The notes beneath the pieces are model-generated. The model was not told the DNA's origin. It did not search any database and saw only the letters and a list, made by a program, of their open reading frames with translations. Source: Candidatus Coprovivens sp. (lineage in GTDB: Bacteria; Bacillota_I; Bacilli_A; RF39; UBA660). From it: a DNA stretch of 64,000 nt. The position numbers were made by a program, and so were the translations under genes. The stretch is from contig JBJFGS010000011.1 of assembly GCA_051892935.1 (NCBI GenBank), positions 19,311-83,310 of the forward strand. The letters are read 5' to 3'. Each line of letters begins with the position of its first letter. Positions within the stretch are counted from its first letter, which is position 1. Shown here in pieces: positions 20,945 through 29,364 of this stretch.

Positions 20945-21083
20945 TATTATAGCACAAAAACTAATAAAAAAAAGAAGTCCTATAAAAGAACATCTTTATA
21001 AGAAAAGTAAATACCCCTTTTCATAAAAACCTTGATGTCTAAAAGAATAACATCAAACTCTTAAATTTGCAAATTTATCTAGA

Positions 21084-21374
21084 TTACATTGCTTTTCTTA
21101 CAGCTTTTTTATCAATTATTAATGTTGTTGATGGAGTTATTAATTCTTGTAAATTAATATTCAATTCAGATACAGCAGCATGAAAATACTGATTTAAAAG
21201 CCAAGGATTACTTATGTCATCAATAAAAGATAACATATAAGATCTAATTTTTCTTACTTCTTCCATATGATAAGATTTAACATTATTTAAAGCAATTACA
21301 TTACCATTAGAAATATGATTAGCAATTCTCATATCTAAATCTTCTGCTAAATTTTTAATTTCCATATTTTGCAT
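21084..21374 (-). CDS. Small hypothetical protein
   Basis: AAGGGGG RBS and TTGACA-N17-TATTAT promoter upstream. Confidence 0.75.
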   Translation of the reverse strand: MQNMEIKNLAEDLDMRIANHISNGNVIALNNVKSYHMEEVRKIRSYMLSFIDDISNPWLLNQYFHAAVSELNINLQELITPSTTLIIDKKAVRKAM

Positions 21375-21470
21375 ATAATTTCCCCCTTTTGTGCAAAAAC
21401 ACTAGTGATGATAATAACAATTTATTTAATATTTGTCAACTTAAACAAAAAATAAAGATCCTAAAAATCT

Positions 21471-22289
21471 TTATTTTTGACATTTTTCACAATAGTAAGT
21501 ACTTCTACCACCAACAACAATTCTTTTAATAATTGTATTACAATTTTTACAACATTCATTTTCTCTTTTATGAACCATTAAATTCTGTTGAAATCTACCA
21601 GTAACTCCTAAACTAGAAGTATAACTCCTTATAGTAGTACCACCACACTTTATAGCTTCTTCTATTATTTTTTTAGAAGAAAGAACTATTCTTTGACAAT
21701 CTTCTATAGTTATTTCAGTTCCTAACTTTAATGGATTAATCCCAGCAGCAAACAAGACTTCATCAGCATATATATTTCCTAACCCACTTATAATAGTTTG
21801 ATCAAGTAATAAAGTTTTCATTGGAAGTTTTCTCTTCTTAAAATTCTCATATAAATATTCTTTGGAAAGATTATCATCAATTGGTTCAATTCCCTGTTTT
21901 CTAACTCCTTCAACTTTATCTATTTCCTTTTTCAAAACTAAATTCATTCTTCCAAATTTTCTTGTATCATGGTATCTAAGTTCTGTATCATCATCAAATG
22001 TAAATATTACATGTTCATGTTTATTTATCTCTTCATCATGATTTTTAATAAAATACTTACCTTCCATTCTTAGATGACTACATAAATAATAGTCTCCTAT
22101 TTCAAATAATAACCATTTACCTTTTCTTAATATATCACTAAATTCCAATCCTATTAAATTGTTTTTAAATTCCTTAAGATCAGATTCAATCATTCTTTCA
22201 TATAAAACATTAACGTTTTTTATTTTTTTTCGAAGTATTCTTTTTCTTAGTGTTTGTCTTACTGTTTCCACTTCTGCTATTTCTGGCAT
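21471..22289 (-). CDS. mutM: Formamidopyrimidine-DNA glycosylase
   Basis: MPEIAEVETV, HLRMEG, DTRKFG, GLGNIYADE, C-terminal zinc finger. Confidence 0.97.
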   Translation of the reverse strand: MPEIAEVETVRQTLRKRILRKKIKNVNVLYERMIESDLKEFKNNLIGLEFSDILRKGKWLLFEIGDYYLCSHLRMEGKYFIKNHDEEINKHEHVIFTFDDDTELRYHDTRKFGRMNLVLKKEIDKVEGVRKQGIEPIDDNLSKEYLYENFKKRKLPMKTLLLDQTIISGLGNIYADEVLFAAGINPLKLGTEITIEDCQRIVLSSKKIIEEAIKCGGTTIRSYTSSLGVTGRFQQNLMVHKRENECCKNCNTIIKRIVVGGRSTYYCEKCQK

Positions 22290-23112
22290 CTTCTTTTAAA
22301 CTCCTTACTTTTGCTTTTTTAGGTTTTATTTCATCAAGTAAATTAACTTGAACAACATCACTTATTTTTAATAAGTAATCTTCTAATGTCACAACAAACG
22401 ATGTAACATCTATCATTGTCAAAGAATTATTTAAAACAATATTACATTTTAACTTTCTTATACCACCAAAGAAACTAGATTGAATATTAACAAACTTTTT
22501 AACCTCAGTTCGAGATTTTATTTCTTTTTCATATTCATCAATATCATTCTTTTCTTCTTCTATATATTTAAAACTATTAGTAATAAGTTTTAAACCTCTA
22601 TAAATAATATATAAAGATATTAATATTGTACCAACTCTATCAGCATATTTTAATACATCTACCCATTTGCTTATTTTAGAAAGTATTAATACTACAATCA
22701 TAATTCCACTAATATAAAAGTCTATATTACTATTAATACTACTATAACCAAGTATTCCTTTTTTCTTTCTAAAATTTACACTTGCATAATAGCATCCTAC
22801 AATATATCTAGCTATTATGCAAATAAAGATGAATAATAATATTAATAAAGAAACTTTTTCTATTTTCAATACAAAAGACCAAAATATCATTCCCAATCCT
22901 AATAAAATTATTATTAATCCTAAAATAGAAGTTATTATCCCCTTATATTTTTTATTGTCTTTTCTTTTCATTACAAATAATGAAGTAATAAGTAAAATAA
23001 TTTCTAGTAAGCTACTTGCTATCATAGTATAAGAATGACATATTAAACCACCAATAACTTTTAGTATTATTAAAAAAATATCAATTATAATAAACATTTT
23101 TACTTCTTTCAC
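22210..23112 (-). CDS. Degenerate cation diffusion facilitator-like membrane protein
   Basis: LKVIGGLICHSYTMIA and YADRVGTILIS resemble CDF TM1-2 and TM6; AGGAGG RBS before GTG at 23112. Confidence 0.65.
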   Translation of the reverse strand: MKEVKMFIIIDIFLIILKVIGGLICHSYTMIASSLLEIILLITSLFVMKRKDNKKYKGIITSILGLIIILLGLGMIFWSFVLKIEKVSLLILLFIFICIIARYIVGCYYASVNFRKKKGILGYSSINSNIDFYISGIMIVVLILSKISKWVDVLKYADRVGTILISLYIIYRGLKLITNSFKYIEEEKNDIDEYEKEIKSRTEVKKFVNIQSSFFGGIRKLKCNIVLNNSLTMIDVTSFVVTLEDYLLKISDVVQVNLLDEIKPKKAKVRSLKEDARNSRSGNSKTNTKKKNTSKKNKKR

Positions 23113-23125
23113 TACAAAAAGCCTC

Positions 23126-25690
23126 CTATTTACATTCGTACCAATCTTTACCATAATCATGACTAACTTTAAATGGTACACTTAATTTAACACAATTTTC
23201 CATATTTCGACAAACTAATTCTTCTAAAACATCTTTTTCTTCTTCAACAACGTCAAATATCAATTCATCATGAACTTGTAAAAGCATTTTACTTTTTAAT
23301 TTTTTGCTATTCATCTCATCAAATATTTTAACCATAGCAATTTTCATTATATCAGCAGATGTTCCTTGAATAGGCGTATTAAGTGCAATACGTTCCCCAC
23401 TTTGTCTAACCATAAAGTTTTTATTACTTAATTCTTCAATAACTCTCTTACGATTAAATAATGTTTTAACATAACCATTTTTATATGCTTCCATGACTAT
23501 ATTATCCATATAGTTTTTTACACCAGGATATAATTCATAATACTTATTTATAAACTCTCTTGCTTCTTTTGCACTTATTTCTAAGTTTTCTCCTAAACCA
23601 AAGCCAGATATTCCATAGACTATTCCAAATATAACCGCTTTGGCAGTTTTTCTTTGTAATTTAGTAACATCTTCCATCTTTACTCCATATATATCAGCAG
23701 CCACTCTTGTATGAATATCTTCATCATTAATAAATGCTTGTTGTAACTCTTTAGAACCGGAAACATGAGCAAGTACTCTAAGTTCCATTTGTGAGTAATC
23801 AGCACTCAAAAATAAATCATTACAAGGTAAAAATGCTTTTCTTATCATTCTACCTTCTTCATCTTTTGCAGGTATATTCTGTAAATTAGGTTCTACAGAA
23901 CTTAATCTACCTGTTCTAGTAAGATTCTGTTTATATATAGTATGTATCTTACCATCTTCACGTATATAATTAGATAATCCCTCTAAATAAGTACTCTTAA
24001 TTTTAGTTAATCTTCTATATTCTAATATCTTTTCTATTACAGGATGAACCCATACTAATTTTTGAAGTACACTAACATCAGTTTTATATCCTGTTTTAGT
24101 TTTCTTAGAACCTGGTAATTCTAATTTTTCAAAAAGAATTATTCCTAATTGCTTTGGACTACTAATATTAAATTCTTCACCTACTAAAGAATATATTTCT
24201 TTTTCCATATCAGTAATTCTAGAAGTCATTTCCTCTTCCATATCTTTAAGTACTGTAAAATCAACTTTAACGCCATCATATTCCATATTAGCTAAAACAG
24301 TAATTAAAGGCATTTCAATTGTTTCAAATAATTCTAACATTTCCTCTTCTTTTAAGCTCTTCAAATAAGAATCTTTTATATCATATATAAACCTAGCTTT
24401 AAGAACAATATCTTTTTTATCAAAACCATTTTTCAAACTATTAGAGTAAAAATTAACTTCACACCCATTATTATTCATTAAATAAGCAATATCATCTTTA
24501 ATATTTATATTAAGTAAATAAGCAGCAATCATTATATCAAAACAAGAAGCAATTTCTAAGCCATCTTTTTTTAATAGAACATAATTCTTCTTTTGATCAA
24601 AAGTATAAATACTCTTATCTTTAAATACATCTATTATTTCAAAAATAATATCAGAAGAAACAAAATAATTATTCTTACTATCAGAAATAGACATTCCAAT
24701 TATATTAGCATCATGATAGTTTTCAGCATCACATTCTATATAAATTGCAATATTATTTTCTAAACTTTTTAAATCATCAATTGATTTGACATTTATATAT
24801 TTTATATCACTTTCTACAGGTTTAGAAGATTCAACATTCTTTTTCATAAAAGAATAAAACTCCAAATCTTCATATATCTTATTTAAAGCTACATAATCAG
24901 TACCTTTATAAATAACATCTTCTAAATTAACATTTAGGGGAACATCTCTATAAATAGTGGCAATTTCCTTACTTATAAAAGCACTCTCTCTATCAGCTTC
25001 TAGTTTTTCCTTCATCTTACCTTTTATTTCATCTATATGTTCATATATATCTTCAATGGTATCATATTGCTTTAATAAATTAATAGCAGTTTTATCACCT
25101 ATTCCTTTTACACCAGGAATATTATCAGAAGGATCACCAGCTAATGCTTTATAATCAATCATTCTTATTGGTTCAAATCCCCAATCTTCTTTAAAATTCT
25201 TTTTATTATATCTAATATAATCTTTTTGTTTTAAAAGTTTTACTTCCGTTTCATCACTAATAAGTTGTAATAGATCTTTATCTGAAGATACAATTAGGGC
25301 CTCATAATCAGGATCTTCTTCACACATTTTTGCAAATGTTCCAATTATATCATCTGCTTCATATGGTTCCATTTCAAAATATTGAATTCCCATCGCATTA
25401 AGTATTTCTCTAGCAATTGGCATTTGCATTTTCAACTCATCAGGTGTAGCACTCCTACCATCTTTATAAGTTTCATATTTTTGTTTTCTAAAGTTTTTTC
25501 CCACATCAAAAGCAACAGCTACATACTCAGGTTTTTCTTCATTAATTATTTTATTCATCATTCCAACAAAACCATATAATGCATTAGTAGGAAATCCTTT
25601 ACTATTTTTCATAACATTACCAGTATACGCTGTAGCATAATAACTTCTAAACATTAAATTATTACCATCTATTAAAAGAATTTTTTTCAT
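23126..25690 (-). CDS. polA: DNA polymerase I
   Basis: LLIDGN, YEADDIIGT, TGRLSSVEPNLQNIP, DYSQMELR, LQVHDEL. Confidence 0.98.
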   Translation of the reverse strand: MKKILLIDGNNLMFRSYYATAYTGNVMKNSKGFPTNALYGFVGMMNKIINEEKPEYVAVAFDVGKNFRKQKYETYKDGRSATPDELKMQMPIAREILNAMGIQYFEMEPYEADDIIGTFAKMCEEDPDYEALIVSSDKDLLQLISDETEVKLLKQKDYIRYNKKNFKEDWGFEPIRMIDYKALAGDPSDNIPGVKGIGDKTAINLLKQYDTIEDIYEHIDEIKGKMKEKLEADRESAFISKEIATIYRDVPLNVNLEDVIYKGTDYVALNKIYEDLEFYSFMKKNVESSKPVESDIKYINVKSIDDLKSLENNIAIYIECDAENYHDANIIGMSISDSKNNYFVSSDIIFEIIDVFKDKSIYTFDQKKNYVLLKKDGLEIASCFDIMIAAYLLNINIKDDIAYLMNNNGCEVNFYSNSLKNGFDKKDIVLKARFIYDIKDSYLKSLKEEEMLELFETIEMPLITVLANMEYDGVKVDFTVLKDMEEEMTSRITDMEKEIYSLVGEEFNISSPKQLGIILFEKLELPGSKKTKTGYKTDVSVLQKLVWVHPVIEKILEYRRLTKIKSTYLEGLSNYIREDGKIHTIYKQNLTRTGRLSSVEPNLQNIPAKDEEGRMIRKAFLPCNDLFLSADYSQMELRVLAHVSGSKELQQAFINDEDIHTRVAADIYGVKMEDVTKLQRKTAKAVIFGIVYGISGFGLGENLEISAKEAREFINKYYELYPGVKNYMDNIVMEAYKNGYVKTLFNRKRVIEELSNKNFMVRQSGERIALNTPIQGTSADIMKIAMVKIFDEMNSKKLKSKMLLQVHDELIFDVVEEEKDVLEELVCRNMENCVKLSVPFKVSHDYGKDWYECK

Positions 25691-25786
25691 ATCCATCACC
25701 TATTACGTATTATACCAAAAAATACTTATTTTAACTTTTATTTTTAAACAAAAAAACTTTTTTTATTTAAAAAAATATCTGAAATA

Positions 25787-26470
25787 TCAGATATTTATAC
25801 AAGCCTCTACAAACTTTTCAAAAATAACATTATATTGATCTAATACTTCTGGGTGAAACTGAACACCAATAATAAATTTATCATCTCCGTTATATTCAAT
25901 TCCTTCTATTAATCCATCTTCTGATTTAGCACTTATCTTAAATTTCTTACCAATTTCGGTAATAGTACATTTGTGAACACTATTTACTTTGATAGACTTT
26001 TCACCAAAGATATCAAATAATTTTGTATCTTCTTCAATCTTTATATTATGAACAACTTCATCATTATTATCTCTAAATAATTCTACCGGCCAATGATCAA
26101 CACCATTATCTATTATTTTTATTATTTTTTTTGGTTCATTATTTTCAATATTTACAGAATACATGCCTATTGTTTGCATTCCCAAACATATCCCCAATAT
26201 AGGTTTACTCTCTTTATAAAAATAATCTAATACTTCTAAGTTAGATTTAGTAACTCTATTGCCACCAGGTAACAATAAACCATCGCACATCTTAACAGAA
26301 TCCCAAATAATTTCATCATTTTTATATGGTAAAAGTAAAGGTATCCCACCATTATCAACTATTTTCTTTATATAATTATTTCCATATCTATAAGTATCAG
26401 CAAAAGTATCATTACTCATCATATAATTGCTAGTAGGTAAAATACCTATTATAGGTTTTTTATTATTCAT
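25787..26470 (-). CDS. Peptidase C26 / gamma-glutamyl-gamma-aminobutyrate hydrolase family (class I glutamine amidotransferase fold)
   Basis: DGLLLPGG, PILGICLGMQ, VNSVH, GVQFHPE. Confidence 0.92.
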   Translation of the reverse strand: MNNKKPIIGILPTSNYMMSNDTFADTYRYGNNYIKKIVDNGGIPLLLPYKNDEIIWDSVKMCDGLLLPGGNRVTKSNLEVLDYFYKESKPILGICLGMQTIGMYSVNIENNEPKKIIKIIDNGVDHWPVELFRDNNDEVVHNIKIEEDTKLFDIFGEKSIKVNSVHKCTITEIGKKFKISAKSEDGLIEGIEYNGDDKFIIGVQFHPEVLDQYNVIFEKFVEACINI

Positions 26471-26900
26471 AAAAATCCTCCAATACTTGATTATTTAATC
26501 CATCTTCACCTATAGGAACAACTTTATAATCTTTATTTATATAATCATTATAATTTATACTTACATCTAATTCAATATTATAATTACCGACTATTTTATA
26601 AAACTTATCTATTAACCATTTATTCATTGCAACAAATCCTTGATTAATAAATATAATGGTTTTATAAGAAGTATCTTTTATTGACATCAACAATTCCAAA
26701 GTAGTTAATGGATTACCTTCCGTAATAAACAAAGATTCTTTATTAATCATTATTTCTTTATATTTCTTTTTTAATAATAAACTAAAAACATCATAATAAT
26801 CAGAGAATCTTATTTTAGAATTCATTTTATCATTATCAATTTCTATTAACTTTTCAACAATTTCTTTTTCTACTATCAAATAATCCAATAATTCATTCAT
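26463..26900 (-). CDS. Hypothetical protein, possibly a ProA/aldehyde dehydrogenase-derived fragment
   Basis: GGTGA RBS, overlaps the next gene; ITEGNPLTTLELL resembles ProA IYEARPNVT. Confidence 0.6.
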   Translation of the reverse strand: MNELLDYLIVEKEIVEKLIEIDNDKMNSKIRFSDYYDVFSLLLKKKYKEIMINKESLFITEGNPLTTLELLMSIKDTSYKTIIFINQGFVAMNKWLIDKFYKIVGNYNIELDVSINYNDYINKDYKVVPIGEDGLNNQVLEDFYE

Positions 26901-26908
26901 CTTATCAC

Positions 26909-28429
26909 CTATTTTAACTTTTTAGTTATTTTACCAGAATCTATAAGTCTATCAATAGCATCTACTACTTTATCATCATAAACATTTCCATTAATTACTT
27001 GCATCATTCTCTTACACCAAGTACTTGTATGATAAATTCTACTAACTCCATTTCCACCTTGTTTAATATAATCCATTATTTCAGACTTAGTAAGCATAGA
27101 CATTTGAACAAAATTATTAAAATTCATAACATAAGTTGCATTAGATTCAACAGGTTCACGAGTTTCATAATTTTTATAATATTTTTCAAATACGACTACT
27201 CCATTAGAATACAAATATCCAATATACCCAGTAAAATTATTTTTACCAGTCATTTTATATAGATAATTAGTCCCATCTAAAAAATTCATTCTATCAACAA
27301 CTAGTTGTTCTTTTTCTTCTTTTGTTTTTTTCTTTTTAGAATGTTTAGTATCTATCTTATCCATTAAATCTTCTTGTTTATCCAAAAAAATATCTTTTGT
27401 ACCTCTACGAATAAATTCCCAGGAAGCTTCTAATTTTTTTGATGATATATATTCTTCTAAAGTTTGCGTTAAATCCATTACATTTTTTATATCTCTATAA
27501 TCTGTTATTCCATCATCTTCTAAAGAATATAAATTAAAATCAGGATATAGTATTTTTATTTCATTATATTCTCTTATAACATCATCAACAGATACAGTAA
27601 TTACTTGTCCATCATTTAAACAAGTTTTAACACTTACATTATAATCTACTTTACTTCTCAATTCTTTAATTGCCATGATATACTTTTCTACATGAACAAA
27701 AGAACTGTGAACCTTACCATACTCATTTAAAACACTTTTAGATACTTCAATTAATTGTTTAGACATAGCTAAATAGAATTTATCCAAATCTAAACATTCT
27801 TCTAATTCTTTTAAATCAATTTTTTCATCAAACAAAGGAATAAGATATCTAAGTGCTATTAAAAATGACCCAATATTTTCTTTAGTTAATTCCAAATATC
27901 TCGTATAGCTCATAAATTTATAGTTTTTACCAAATAACTTTTTCTTATATTCTTCACCAATTAAATACTTTTTCTTTAAATTTTCATCAATTCTTTTGGT
28001 ATCTTCATCCATCTCATTATTTAAAAGTCTAGATATATCTTTTCTATATTTCCTGAAAAAATCTTTTAAAATAATATGAACTTCATTAAGATCTTCAGGC
28101 AACTCTGGACATTCTCCGATAAAACGGCCACAAAATTGTATCAAAAATAATAATCCTGATACTTTTAAAGTCCTTCCATTTTCTTCATCTAAATCAGAAA
28201 GAAGATAAAACTCATATTCCCCAACACGATTTAAATTAGATAAATAATTATTAATAGGACCAACATATTTTTTCTTCATAAACTCATCAAAAAAATTTTT
28301 TCCATCTTTAATTTTAGAAGCATATCGTAAAACATCTGCTTTTATTGGATAATTACCTTCATAAGTAACTCTTGGATTAAAGATTTCTTCAATACTATTA
28401 TCAAAATAACTTGCAATACTTACTTCCAT
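26909..28429 (-). CDS. Hypothetical cytoplasmic protein
   Basis: Long ORF; AGGGGG RBS before ATG at 28429. Confidence 0.75.
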   Translation of the reverse strand: MEVSIASYFDNSIEEIFNPRVTYEGNYPIKADVLRYASKIKDGKNFFDEFMKKKYVGPINNYLSNLNRVGEYEFYLLSDLDEENGRTLKVSGLLFLIQFCGRFIGECPELPEDLNEVHIILKDFFRKYRKDISRLLNNEMDEDTKRIDENLKKKYLIGEEYKKKLFGKNYKFMSYTRYLELTKENIGSFLIALRYLIPLFDEKIDLKELEECLDLDKFYLAMSKQLIEVSKSVLNEYGKVHSSFVHVEKYIMAIKELRSKVDYNVSVKTCLNDGQVITVSVDDVIREYNEIKILYPDFNLYSLEDDGITDYRDIKNVMDLTQTLEEYISSKKLEASWEFIRRGTKDIFLDKQEDLMDKIDTKHSKKKKTKEEKEQLVVDRMNFLDGTNYLYKMTGKNNFTGYIGYLYSNGVVVFEKYYKNYETREPVESNATYVMNFNNFVQMSMLTKSEIMDYIKQGGNGVSRIYHTSTWCKRMMQVINGNVYDDKVVDAIDRLIDSGKITKKLK

Positions 28430-28553
28430 ATAAATCCCCCTAATAAATGACAATACTTTATCATACTTAAAAATTATTATCAAATTCAAACGTAAAATAT
28501 AGATTATTTTTTTATAATATGCTATCATTTATAATAGGAAAGAGGTTAAGAAA

Positions 28554-29348
28554 ATGAAAAACGTAGATTTCAAAAAACTATTCATATTAATAGCTATAAT
28601 CGTTATAATTGCTGTAGTAATACTTCTTGTTGTTAATTTCAGTAACAAAGATAAACTAACTAAAGAAGAAACACAAAAAATAGAAGATATTTCTATCAAA
28701 TATTATGCTAATTTAACAGAAGGATACACAACAGTATATGGAGGCCTTGATATTCTATATCAAAGAAAAGAAACTACAACAAAAAATTTAGAAACAGTTG
28801 AAATCCTTAATACATCAATTAAATACGCAAGCGATAATAGTTTTGACACATCAGTAAGTGATGCTAAAGTTAAAGCATTAGAAGCAAGCAAAAAGTATAA
28901 AAATATTAGTGAATATGCACTATACAATGGTGAAAGTGTAAGAAAAGCAATAACAGAATTATTTGGAGATATCAAATATGTAGATTCCAGCGCTAATAAT
29001 AATCATAATTTTATTTACGACTACATATATGATAGCAATAATGATGTATATTTAGTAAAAAGAAACAACAACGACTCACAAGTTAACACTAATCAAGGTA
29101 TCAATTATAAACTATTATCTACAAAAGAAAAAGATGAAAAAGTAATTGTAACTATTGCAATAGCATATACTTGCAAAGTTGATGCAAATACTATGTATGC
29201 TAAAGATCCCGAAGGAGAAAAGATTATAGCTGAAAATGTTGAAGAATTCCCAGAAGATAAAATTGATGAATTTGATAAATATGAAATAACTTTAAAAAAA
29301 TCATCTGATAACAAATATGTATTTGAAAGCATAAAAAAGGTTAAGTAA
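28554..29348 (+). CDS. Membrane-anchored hypothetical protein
   Basis: N-terminal TM; GAGG RBS. Confidence 0.75.
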   Translation: MKNVDFKKLFILIAIIVIIAVVILLVVNFSNKDKLTKEETQKIEDISIKYYANLTEGYTTVYGGLDILYQRKETTTKNLETVEILNTSIKYASDNSFDTSVSDAKVKALEASKKYKNISEYALYNGESVRKAITELFGDIKYVDSSANNNHNFIYDYIYDSNNDVYLVKRNNNDSQVNTNQGINYKLLSTKEKDEKVIVTIAIAYTCKVDANTMYAKDPEGEKIIAENVEEFPEDKIDEFDKYEITLKKSSDNKYVFESIKKVK

Positions 29349-29364
29349 CAACTTAACCTTTTTA
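29334..29364. terminator. Bidirectional terminator between convergent genes
   Basis: aaaaaggttaagt-aaca-acttaaccttttt inverted repeat. Confidence 0.8.
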
